Shown here: piece by piece, positions 35,960-45,928 of the stretch
Position numbering within the stretch: the first letter of the stretch is position 1
How the letters are laid out: every line of letters starts with the position of its first letter
DNA from: Myxococcales bacterium
Lineage (GTDB): Bacteria; Myxococcota; B64-G9
Length of the DNA stretch: 47,631 nucleotides
Assembly (NCBI GenBank): GCA_027031935.1
Contig: JALVPF010000093.1
Location: 1-47,631, forward strand
Reading direction: 5' to 3'
Made by a program: the position numbers and the translations under genes
The notes under the pieces: generated by a model
The model's input: only the letters and a program-made list of their open reading frames with translations
Told to the model about the DNA's origin: nothing
Databases searched by the model: none

Positions 35960-36955
35960 ATGGCTCAGACCCAAAAAGCTGCACAACAACTCGCTGAAGA
36001 TTTTCGGAAGGATTTTCAACGGCTGGTGGATGAAGTCGGAAAAGTCATAGTAGGCTACCGGGATGTCATCGACGCCGTACTCACCAGTCTGCTTTGCGAT
36101 GGACACGCGCTATTGGAGGGAGTGCCAGGGGTGGGAAAGACCCTGCTGGTAAATACCCTGGCAACCGTTCTGGATCTGAAGTTCAACCGCATACAGTTCA
36201 CACCTGACCTCATGCCCGCCGATGTCACGGGCACAAGCGTCATTTTCGAAGACCCGGAGACCCACGCGAGAAACATCCAGTTTCAACGCGGTCCCGTGTT
36301 TGCCAACGTGGTGCTAGCCGATGAGATAAACAGGGCCACACCAAAAACCCAGTCGGCCTTGCTGGAAGCCATGCAGGAACAAAGCGTCACATCGGGAAAC
36401 ACCACATACAAGCTTGAACCACCATTTATAGTTCTGGCCACCCAGAATCCCCTGGAAATGGAGGGGACCTACCCCCTGCCCGAGGCTCAACTGGACAGGT
36501 TCCTGTTCAAGGTAATCTTTGCCTTTCCCTCCCAGGAGGAGATCGCAGAAATTCTGGCCAGGACCACCTCCGTGGCCATGCCTGAAGCATCGCGGATAAT
36601 GGGTGCAAAAGAGATCATGGCCATGAGACACACGGTGCGCCAAGTTCCGGTGGCTGACCACGTCAGAGATTATGCGATTCGCCTGGTGCTCAACACCCAC
36701 CCGGAGCTGGACAATGCGCCGGATTTCACCAGACAATATGTAAGATACGGTTCCAGCCCCAGGGGCGCGCAGGCGCTCATGCTTGGAGGTAAGCTCAGAG
36801 CATTGCTGGACAATCGATTCGCCGTATCAAAAGAGGACATTTCCGCCGTATGTCATCTGGCGCTGAGGCACAGGATGGTGTTGAATTTCGAAGGGGAAGC
36901 AGCGGGATATTCCACGGATGATATACTGGACGAAATATTAAAAACGACCAGGTGA
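35960..36955 (+). CDS. MoxR-family AAA+ ATPase
   Basis: VIVGYRDVIDAVLTSLLCDGHALLEGVPGVGKTLLVNTLA, RIQFTPDLMPADVTG, VLADEINRATPKTQSALLEAMQE, ATQNPLEMEGTYPLPEAQLDRF and GSSPRGAQAL. Start is at the ATG at 35960 (the track gives 35933). Confidence 0.9.
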   Translation: MAQTQKAAQQLAEDFRKDFQRLVDEVGKVIVGYRDVIDAVLTSLLCDGHALLEGVPGVGKTLLVNTLATVLDLKFNRIQFTPDLMPADVTGTSVIFEDPETHARNIQFQRGPVFANVVLADEINRATPKTQSALLEAMQEQSVTSGNTTYKLEPPFIVLATQNPLEMEGTYPLPEAQLDRFLFKVIFAFPSQEEIAEILARTTSVAMPEASRIMGAKEIMAMRHTVRQVPVADHVRDYAIRLVLNTHPELDNAPDFTRQYVRYGSSPRGAQALMLGGKLRALLDNRFAVSKEDISAVCHLALRHRMVLNFEGEAAGYSTDDILDEILKTTR

Positions 36956-36964
36956 GCATTTTCA

Positions 36965-37375
36965 ATGGTTGATTCCAACGATAGCGACAGGCGGAAATAT
37001 CTTAGACTCGAAAGGCGTGACGAGGTCAAGATAAAGCAATACTCCTACCCGGAACGAGGCACCTACACCAAGGCAAGGATCGTCGACATATCCGGAGGCG
37101 GCCTGCAGTTGGAGACAAGGCAACACTTCCCTGATGGTACCCAGCTCAAGATCGAGATGAACTTCGTTGGCTGGCAAAAATTCACTCCGAGCTTCCTAAA
37201 ATACTTCGGCGATGCAGCCCGTAGACCGCTGGTGGTTTTGGCTGAAGTGCTTCGATGCACCAGCCTTGTGGCGGGAAGAAAGTACGAAGTGGCAACGAAA
37301 TTTACCGGCATTGACGAAAACCACCGAAGGGCGCTGATTCGATTTATCAGAAGCCAACTGGCCCTAAAAAAATAA
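36965..37375 (+). CDS. Single-domain PilZ protein (canonical motifs)
   Basis: RRKYLRLERR (RxxxR) and ARIVDISGGGLQLE (DxSxxG); 136 aa. Confidence 0.8.
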   Translation: MVDSNDSDRRKYLRLERRDEVKIKQYSYPERGTYTKARIVDISGGGLQLETRQHFPDGTQLKIEMNFVGWQKFTPSFLKYFGDAARRPLVVLAEVLRCTSLVAGRKYEVATKFTGIDENHRRALIRFIRSQLALKK

Positions 37376-37408
37376 AAGCAACATCCTACTTCCATTCAGG
37401 AGCAACTC

Positions 37409-38719
37409 TTGTCCGAATTTTACGAAACAGTGTTTATCGGTGCTGGGATAAGCTGCCTGGCCGCAGCCAGAAGATTGCGTGGGGACAATATCATACTCGA
37501 GGCCGAGGCGCGACCAGGGGGCATGTGCAAAACGGATATCAAGGACGGGTTCACCTTTGACAGGACAGGTCACCTGCTCCACCTGTACAATCCCAAAACG
37601 AAAAAATGGCTGGGCAGGCTGCTGAAAGGAAAGATGTTGCGATGCCAGAGGTCCAGCTGGATATACTCCCACGGAGTATTCACCCGCTACCCATTCCAGG
37701 CACACTTTCATGGTTTGCCACCCGAGGTTGCAGCAGAATGCCTGGAGGGAGTATTCGAGGCCCATTACAGGCCTCCACGTGCCTGGAACAAAAAAAGTTC
37801 TCCTGAGTCATTCAGACGGTGGGTACTGAAAAGATTCGGCCGAGGAGTCGCGAAACACTTCCTGTTTCCATACAACGAAAAACTCTGGACGGTAAAACCG
37901 CAGGTGCTTACCAGCGAGTGGCTGGGGCGCTTCGTACCCAAACCAGATCTGCACCAGGTGGTCATGGGGGCCCTTGAAGATCAGGCCGAGCCCATGGGCT
38001 ACAACGCTGAGTTTCTCTATCCCGAAAGAGGCGGTATCGAAATTCTGGTGCAGGCTCTTGCCAGGGGATTGAAGATCCGTACCAGGGCCAGAGTGCTAGC
38101 CCTGGACCTGAAAAAGAAGATCCTGACCATGGCGGACGGTAACCAAATAAGATTCGGCAGAATCATATCCAGCGCGCCTTTGCCGGCGCTGGTAAAAATG
38201 TCCGAGGCGCCAGAGCGCATACGCTCATATTCCAAAAAGCTGCGGGCTGCATCGGTCTACAATCTCAACCTCGGTGTCGTAGACAGGGGAGAGAAAAAAC
38301 ACTGGGTCTATGTTCCGGAGCGAAATTTTTCCATCTACCGTTTCGGTTACGCAAACAACTTCAGCCCATACGTGGCCCCCAAGGGCTATGCAGCCGTATA
38401 TACTGAGACATCGTTTCCCATGGGGAGCAGGCCGGACCTTAAAACCCTGAGGACGAAGGTCATCGCTGACATGAAAAAAATCGGGGTCATAGGTAAAAAG
38501 CAGGATATCGTACTTGAGCATGTAAACGTGCTCCATGGTGCCTATGCCATCTATGACAGAAACCGGACAAGATCTGTAAGGGCGATTCAAAAATTTTTCC
38601 TCGGACACGATGTCTACTCCATAGGCAGGTGGGGCACTTGGTCGTATGGATCCATGGAAGACGCCATACTGCAAGGCCTGGAGATTGCGGATCTCATCAA
38701 AGGACATCCACCCTCTTGA
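37409..38719 (+). CDS. FAD-dependent oxidoreductase (protoporphyrinogen-oxidase / UDP-galactopyranose-mutase-like fold)
   Basis: N-terminal dinucleotide-binding VFIGAGISCLAAARRL...LEAEARPGG, FPYNEKLW, and C-terminal GRWGTWSYGSMEDAI. TTG start preceded by AGGAGC. The substrate is unknown. Confidence 0.75.
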   Translation: MSEFYETVFIGAGISCLAAARRLRGDNIILEAEARPGGMCKTDIKDGFTFDRTGHLLHLYNPKTKKWLGRLLKGKMLRCQRSSWIYSHGVFTRYPFQAHFHGLPPEVAAECLEGVFEAHYRPPRAWNKKSSPESFRRWVLKRFGRGVAKHFLFPYNEKLWTVKPQVLTSEWLGRFVPKPDLHQVVMGALEDQAEPMGYNAEFLYPERGGIEILVQALARGLKIRTRARVLALDLKKKILTMADGNQIRFGRIISSAPLPALVKMSEAPERIRSYSKKLRAASVYNLNLGVVDRGEKKHWVYVPERNFSIYRFGYANNFSPYVAPKGYAAVYTETSFPMGSRPDLKTLRTKVIADMKKIGVIGKKQDIVLEHVNVLHGAYAIYDRNRTRSVRAIQKFFLGHDVYSIGRWGTWSYGSMEDAILQGLEIADLIKGHPPS

Positions 38720-38868
38720 AAAGTCGATATTTCTTGACCAGGCTTTTGGTTCATGGTCTATTTCCCAACCATTGAAACCTCTTCCGGTGAAAGTGACAAT
38801 TTTGCGTCTTTTCCGGAAGAAGATATGCGTTGGAAAAGCCAAATATTTACAACTGAGGACGGTCAAAA

Positions 38869-39411
38869 GTGATCAACCGAAGCGTAGCACGTCGGTACGC
38901 CAGGGCGCTGTTAGACTTAGTGGAGAAAAATCCCGCCGACACGGTCGAAAGGCTTTCTGGCTTTGTTCAATTGATGAAGTCCAACCGAACACTTGCTCAG
39001 GTACTTGTCAACCCAGCCTTTTCCCTGGATGAACGCAACAGAGTCCTGGGGCGAATACTCAAGGAACTCCAATGGGGACCACCGGTAGACAGATTTTTGC
39101 ATCTGCTGGTGGAGCGCCGCAGGATTTCTTATATTGAAGCCATCGCACAAGAGTTCCGCGCCATGGTGGATGAAATACAGGGCATCGTACGGGTCAAGGT
39201 CGAATCGGCACACGAACTCGGGCAAGAACCTGTGGCTCGCATGAAGAGTGTGCTGGCAGATGCCCTGAAGAAAAAAATCATTGTGGAGCAATCGGTCGAA
39301 CCAGAACTCATTGCAGGTGTTGCTGTACGAATAGGCAGCCTGGTGGTGGACGGGACCATGAAGTCCCAAATCGCCAGGCTTAGAGAATCTCTAGCTAGAA
39401 CTCGAACCTGA
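38869..39411 (+). CDS. atpH: F-type ATP synthase subunit delta (OSCP)
   Basis: 180 aa, GTG start. The N-terminal [13 protein letters not shown], the C-terminal GG(V/I)xVRIGS..DGT...L-type motif ([24 protein letters not shown]) and the position upstream of atpA support the call. Confidence 0.85.
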   Translation: MINRSVARRYARALLDLVEKNPADTVERLSGFVQLMKSNRTLAQVLVNPAFSLDERNRVLGRILKELQWGPPVDRFLHLLVERRRISYIEAIAQEFRAMVDEIQGIVRVKVESAHELGQEPVARMKSVLADALKKKIIVEQSVEPELIAGVAVRIGSLVVDGTMKSQIARLRESLARTRT

Positions 39412-39431
39412 AACAACACGTCGAGGTTGCC

Positions 39432-40970
39432 ATGCAGATCAAGGCGGAAGAAATCAGCAGAATCATCAAGGAAGAGATAGCGGACTACGACAGTCGTGTG
39501 GAGGTGGCCGAAACCGGCTCCGTGATCAACGTGGGTGATGGTATCGCCCGCGTTCATGGCCTGGACAAGGTCATGGCAGGAGAGTTGGTGGAGCTACCCC
39601 ACGGCCTTTCCGGTCTGGTGCTGAACCTGGAAGAGGACAACGTGGGTATCGCCATCATGGGTGAAGTGGACAAGATCAGCGAAGGTGATTGGGTCAAGCG
39701 CACGGGAAAAATCGCCTCCGTTCCGGTTGGGGAGCAAATGGCAGGCAGGGTCGTAAACGCGCTTGGCCAGCCTCTGGACGGCAAGGGGCCCATAGATTCC
39801 ACCGAGACGAGAGTCATTGAATTCAAGGCCCCTGGTATCATTGCGCGACAATCGGTCAAGGAACCCCTGCAGACAGGAATCACCGCCATCGATTCCATGA
39901 TCCCCATAGGTCGTGGGCAGCGTGAGCTGATCATCGGTGATCGACAGACCGGAAAAACCGCTATCGCCATAGACACCATCATCAACCAGAAAAACACCGA
40001 CGTCTATTGCATCTATGTGGCCATAGGCCAGAAGCAATCCACGGTGGCTCAGGTGGTGGACAAGCTGAGACGCGAAGGTGCCATGGACTACACCACGGTG
40101 GTTACCGCTGGTGCTTCCGAACCGGCCCCTCTGCAATTTTTGGCAGCATACTCTGGTTGTACCATGGGTGAATGGTACCGCGACAACGGCAAGCACTGTG
40201 TCATCTTCTACGATGATCTCTCCAAGCAGGCGGTTGCATACAGGCAGCTGTCTCTGCTGCTGAGGCGTCCACCCGGACGTGAAGCTTATCCTGGTGATGT
40301 CTTCTATCTGCACTCTCGCCTGCTGGAGCGGGCAGCCAAGATGTCCGACGAATTGGGTGGAGGCTCACTGACTGCGCTGCCGATCATCGAGACGCAGGCG
40401 GGAGATGTCTCTGCCTACATTCCAACCAACGTCATATCCATCACAGACGGACAGATATATCTCGAGACCGACCTGTTCTATGCCGGCCAGCGTCCTGCCG
40501 TCTCCACCGGTCTTTCGGTATCCCGTGTGGGAGGAAACGCACAGATCAAGGCCATGAAGCAAGTAGCAGGCATGCTTCGACTAGAGCTTGCCCAATACAG
40601 GGAGCTTCGCGCCTTTGCCCAGTTTGGCTCAGACCTGGACAAGGCCACCCAGGAACAACTCGCCCGTGGCGAGCGCCTGTTCGAGCTTCTCAAGCAAAAT
40701 CAATACTCGCCATATCCTGTAGAAGAGCAAATCCTTATCCTCTATGCGGGTACCGCAACAGATTCGGACGGAGTGAACTGGATTCGAAAGGTGGAGATTT
40801 CGGACATCGGCAGGTTCCGTGATGAACTTCTTGCCTTCGCAAAAGACAAGCATGCCGACGTATTGAAGGAAATCGTGGAGCAGAAAAAACTGACGGATGA
40901 GATCGAGAAGAAGCTGGACTCCGTGCTGGAAGAGTTCCAAAAGATTTTCGTACCCTCGGACAAGCAATAG
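39432..40970 (+). CDS. atpA: F-type ATP synthase subunit alpha
   Basis: [18 protein letters not shown] (P-loop), [12 protein letters not shown] and [42 protein letters not shown]. Confidence 0.97.
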   Translation: MQIKAEEISRIIKEEIADYDSRVEVAETGSVINVGDGIARVHGLDKVMAGELVELPHGLSGLVLNLEEDNVGIAIMGEVDKISEGDWVKRTGKIASVPVGEQMAGRVVNALGQPLDGKGPIDSTETRVIEFKAPGIIARQSVKEPLQTGITAIDSMIPIGRGQRELIIGDRQTGKTAIAIDTIINQKNTDVYCIYVAIGQKQSTVAQVVDKLRREGAMDYTTVVTAGASEPAPLQFLAAYSGCTMGEWYRDNGKHCVIFYDDLSKQAVAYRQLSLLLRRPPGREAYPGDVFYLHSRLLERAAKMSDELGGGSLTALPIIETQAGDVSAYIPTNVISITDGQIYLETDLFYAGQRPAVSTGLSVSRVGGNAQIKAMKQVAGMLRLELAQYRELRAFAQFGSDLDKATQEQLARGERLFELLKQNQYSPYPVEEQILILYAGTATDSDGVNWIRKVEISDIGRFRDELLAFAKDKHADVLKEIVEQKKLTDEIEKKLDSVLEEFQKIFVPSDKQ

Positions 40971-41012
40971 GCTCAGCAGGAACCGGCAGGGAACAAAGCA
41001 AGGGAAGACCAA

Positions 41013-41891
41013 ATGCCATCGTTGCGCCACATACGAAAACGAATCAGTTCGGTAAAAAACACCGAGCAGATCACAAGGGCGATGAAGATGGTTGCCGCCG
41101 CGAGATTTCGAAAAGCGCAGGAGGCTGTCATCGCCGCTCGCCCCTTTGCCAGGGGAATGCATCAAGTATTAGCCCGGGTTGCTCTGCACAAGGATGTTCG
41201 GGATCATCCGCTGTTGGCGCACAGAGAGCCAGCCAAGAAAGAAGATCTCTACGTCTTGACTTCCGACAGGGGCCTGTGCGGATCGTTCAACTCGAGCGTT
41301 CTAAGAGCTCTCGAACACTATCTGCTGGATCACTATGAAAAACGCGATTCCATCCGCGTCCACACCATAGGTCAAAAAGGCTACCAGTACTGCAAGAAAA
41401 ACAAGCTGGACATCTATGAAAATGTCGAAGACCTGCTTGGCTCTCCAAACTACCATCGCGCCATGGACCTGGCCCAGGATCTTTCCAGACGCTTCATCGA
41501 TGGCGAAGTGGACAGGGTCACGCTCCTGCTGGCGGAGTTCAAATCAGCAGTTCAACAGAACGTGGTCTTCAGAACCCTGCTGCCTTTAGACCCTCCTGAA
41601 CTGCAGGAAGAAGATCTATCCAGGGTGGACTACCTTTTCGAACCACCCAAGCCGGAATTTTTGGATAAAATTGTTCATCGATACCTGGCAAACCAACTTT
41701 TCATGGTCATACTGGAGTCAGTCGCATCCGAGCAAGGCGCCAGAATGACTGCCATGGAAAACGCATCGGAAAACGCCAAAGAGATGATCGGCGACCTTAC
41801 ACTGCAATACAACAAAGCCCGCCAAGCTGCTATCACTCGCGAGTTGATGGAGATCGTTGGCGGCGCAGAGGCGCTAAAGAGCGCCGGCTGA
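41013..41891 (+). CDS. atpG: F-type ATP synthase subunit gamma
   Basis: IRKRISSVKNTEQITRAMKMVAAARFRKAQ at the N-terminus and NKARQAAITRELMEIVGGAEAL at the C-terminus. Confidence 0.95.
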   Translation: MPSLRHIRKRISSVKNTEQITRAMKMVAAARFRKAQEAVIAARPFARGMHQVLARVALHKDVRDHPLLAHREPAKKEDLYVLTSDRGLCGSFNSSVLRALEHYLLDHYEKRDSIRVHTIGQKGYQYCKKNKLDIYENVEDLLGSPNYHRAMDLAQDLSRRFIDGEVDRVTLLLAEFKSAVQQNVVFRTLLPLDPPELQEEDLSRVDYLFEPPKPEFLDKIVHRYLANQLFMVILESVASEQGARMTAMENASENAKEMIGDLTLQYNKARQAAITRELMEIVGGAEALKSAG

Positions 41892-43340
<1,449 letters not shown>

Positions 43341-43356
43341 TCCCAAGGAGCTTGAC

Positions 43357-43776
43357 GTGGCTGGAACTTTCAAACTCAGGCTGCTAACTCCATATTGCAG
43401 CTGTTTTGAAGCAGATGCACAGGGCGTGATGCTTCCCGGCGAGCAGGGCGAATTCGGCATACTGAGCAATCACACGAAGTTTGCTTCAACCCTCAAGCCA
43501 GGGGCGGTTCGAATCGTCACCGATGATGGCAAGACCACGGTGTTTGCCATCACCGGCGGCTTTGCAGAAGTCAGCGACATGGGAGTCATGGTTCTGGCCG
43601 ACTCTGCGGAAAGGCCCGAGGATATAGACATCGAGCGAGCCAAAAAATCCAAGGCTGATGCCGAGGCAGAGCTTGCGTCCATAGATCCATCCAACGAGTT
43701 GTTGAAAAAGCGCATGGAAAAACGCATCGAAAGAGCAGACAATCGTATCAGGCTGGCCACTCACGCAGGGCACTAG
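43357..43776 (+). CDS. atpC: F-type ATP synthase subunit epsilon
   Basis: 139 aa, GTG start. It has a beta-sandwich plus helical-hairpin layout (LPGEQGEFGILSNH...; C-terminal ERAKKSKADAEAEL) and sits after atpD. Confidence 0.9.
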   Translation: MAGTFKLRLLTPYCSCFEADAQGVMLPGEQGEFGILSNHTKFASTLKPGAVRIVTDDGKTTVFAITGGFAEVSDMGVMVLADSAERPEDIDIERAKKSKADAEAELASIDPSNELLKKRMEKRIERADNRIRLATHAGH

Positions 43777-43810
43777 TCTCTACATCTCAGGCAATTTCCC
43801 CTGATTTCCT

Positions 43811-43975
43811 CAAATCTCCCACACTATTGAATCAGATTTCCCGGATCGCTTGTGAGGTCACGGAGATGCAAGGAATCGTCCGCAGTCGTGGATTCACCAC
43901 GTCGAGGCCTCACCTTACCGAAACAGATTCCGCAGCATCGACACAGAGATCGCAGGCGAGGTGGGAAATCTTGGA
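43811..43975. repeat. Structured repeat, copy 2 (165 nt; carries a 15-nt insertion relative to copy 1)
   Basis: Same sequence as 35736..35885, except T>C, AA>GG, A>C, A>G and an inserted CCTCACCTTACCGAA after ..CGTCGAGG. It lies between atpC and the AT-rich ATPase/Toprim-like module. Confidence 0.85.
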
Positions 43976-44035
43976 TTTCCTTCCCAATTGCAATTATGAG
44001 GGGCAGCGTTCCATCCTGGCGTGATTTTACGATGC

Positions 44036-44608
44036 CTATGATTTCGCCAGCGCGTCATTGACAAGATCTCTCACGCCGGTAAGGAAAAAATAAAAACTCC
44101 GAGACTTGTTTTTCTCACCAAGAATCGTACCAATTGCACGTGATCCGGATATTTTCTGATAGACCCCCTCGGTCTCCTTCGCCAGTTCTTCTGACGGATT
44201 CCCAAGTCTGTCCGGTTCTCTGAATTTGCTTTTTTCCTGTTTTTGGGCAATACCACGGATATCGAGTCCCTTCTCGACAGCTTCCAGGTCTCCCAGGTAC
44301 CAGCTTTCTATCTCATGGCAGGCGATGCGAACGAGGGTTTCAGGATGATTTGCCTCCTGGCAGAGTTCAAGCAACCTCTTCTTTACATCTTTGCAATCTT
44401 CAGAATCCTGGTCTCTCAGAACGATAAAGTAGCTGTCAGGCTTTTTCCAGTGACGCATTTTCCGTACTAGCTGTTTTTCGAGATCCTGTTTGCCCTCGAA
44501 AACGATAAACCTTAGTTCTAGTGATTGCATGGGAAGAAAACGAGGCAGCAATACTTTGAGTAATGCCTCTGCTGATTTTTCTTCAAGAAAAAATACAAGT
44601 GTGATCAT
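44036..44608 (-). CDS. Small Toprim-like protein (DUF4276-like), partner of the upstream AAA ATPase
   Basis: 190 aa. The N-terminal strand with acidic residues MITLVFFLEEKSAEALLKVLLPRFLP and a downstream YFIVLRDQDSED (DxD) fit the Toprim Glu + DxD pattern and my recollection of DUF4276 family proteins. ATGA overlap with the ATPase gene. Confidence 0.75.
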   Translation of the reverse strand: MITLVFFLEEKSAEALLKVLLPRFLPMQSLELRFIVFEGKQDLEKQLVRKMRHWKKPDSYFIVLRDQDSEDCKDVKKRLLELCQEANHPETLVRIACHEIESWYLGDLEAVEKGLDIRGIAQKQEKSKFREPDRLGNPSEELAKETEGVYQKISGSRAIGTILGEKNKSRSFYFFLTGVRDLVNDALAKS

Positions 44609-45798
44609 TCGGGATCCGCCCCCTTGAAGAACCCCTGTTTCCAGAGGTATCCCATTTGATCACCCTCCATCACGTAAGTCTTGATTTGTTCATCGTCTCC
44701 TGCCCGATAAACCTGTGCGTACCCGTCTCCGCCCCTGGCGAGCCAAAATACCTCTTCGAGTCGAACAGCGTTGAGGAAATCAGGGGAATGAGTTGAGACG
44801 AAAACCTGGCCACCACGCCTGGCATAGTCACGAAACTCCTCGGCAAGTTCATGAAGCAAGCCAGGGTAAAGCTGGTTTTCCGGTTCCTCGACGCACAGCA
44901 AAGGATGGGGATTTGGATCGTTGAGCAAAATCAAGTAGGCAAACATCTTGATGGTTCCATCAGAGACATACCGATCTACGAAAGGCTGTTTGAATGAACG
45001 ATCTTTGAAGCCAAGCAGCAAACGACCATCCTCTGTAAGAATTGGCTCCACGTTTTCGATGCCAGGCACCCGGCGTTTCATTGTAGCAATAATCTTGTCA
45101 AAAACCTCGCGATGATTGTCATACAGGTTTCGAGCAACTAGTTGGAGATTGTCTCCGCTGTCTGAAAGGTGCTCATCATAGCCAACAGCGTCCTTTGTTC
45201 CTCTTGCCTTGTCTATGTGAAAGTCTGAAACATGCCAGTTTTCTATCAGTTGACGAAAAGTGCTTGCCGCCTTGAACTGGGAGAACTGTCCTAGTCCCTT
45301 GACTGCCAGAATATCAGGTGAGTCCAGAGACTGATCCTCACGAGTTAATTTTTCATCAGGCTTGTTGAAGTCCTCTTCGTTGGAAATCGCATAACCCCTT
45401 CCATGCTGGAAATCTAGAAAGTGAAAAGGTGATCCGTGTCTGCCGCGCTTATAACGAAGCACTTCACGTTCCACAGTGATATCATTGTCTTTTTGACCAA
45501 TACAAAGAAGATAGGTTACAAGACGTTCCACCCTGGCGATATTCATGCGAAACTTGATTTCGATTTCTATCTTCTGTTCATTGGATCCACGACTGACAAG
45601 TTCGCTCATACCTCCTCGTTTTTGAATGGCACTTTTGACATTGTATGTGAGGCAATCTTTCAAAAAACCGAATACATCGAAAAGGGTGGTCTTTCCGCTT
45701 CCATTGGCGCCAACGAAAACACAAAACTCGGGTAAATCTTGCAAGTCAACATTGTTGAATGCTTTGAAGTTTTTTAGTCGAATGGATTCAATTTTCAT
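44605..45798 (-). CDS. ABC/SMC-type AAA ATPase (AAA_21/AAA_15-like, OLD/AriA/AbiLi-like ATPase module)
   Basis: 397 aa. N-terminal IESIRLKNFKAFNNVDL...VFVGANGSGKTTLFDVFGFL (Walker A, K36), signature-like YVSDGTIKMFAYLILL, Walker B HPLLCVEEPENQLYP, and H-loop QVFVSTHSPDF. GGAGGG lies 8 nt upstream of the ATG. Confidence 0.85.
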   Translation of the reverse strand: MKIESIRLKNFKAFNNVDLQDLPEFCVFVGANGSGKTTLFDVFGFLKDCLTYNVKSAIQKRGGMSELVSRGSNEQKIEIEIKFRMNIARVERLVTYLLCIGQKDNDITVEREVLRYKRGRHGSPFHFLDFQHGRGYAISNEEDFNKPDEKLTREDQSLDSPDILAVKGLGQFSQFKAASTFRQLIENWHVSDFHIDKARGTKDAVGYDEHLSDSGDNLQLVARNLYDNHREVFDKIIATMKRRVPGIENVEPILTEDGRLLLGFKDRSFKQPFVDRYVSDGTIKMFAYLILLNDPNPHPLLCVEEPENQLYPGLLHELAEEFRDYARRGGQVFVSTHSPDFLNAVRLEEVFWLARGGDGYAQVYRAGDDEQIKTYVMEGDQMGYLWKQGFFKGADPE

Positions 45799-45928
45799 CT
45801 ATAGGGCCCTCCAGGGTCCACATGATCGCCTGTATTTGGCCGTATATCTAAATTGCTGCGATCAAGAACCTCTATAAATTTCCAAGCTTGTGCATAGTAG
45901 TTCAGTTTTGTTCCAAGCTCAAAAATTT

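Noticed and set aside
35757-35984. 75-aa minus-strand ORF running through repeat copy 1
   Set aside because: The equivalent frame in copy 2 is interrupted by a TGA inside the 15-nt insertion, so it is not conserved. Only the + strand frame stays open in both copies.
38225-38866. 213-aa minus-strand ORF opposite the FAD oxidoreductase
   Set aside because: It is fully antisense to a gene with a clear Rossmann motif and conserved C-terminus, and it has no independent signals.
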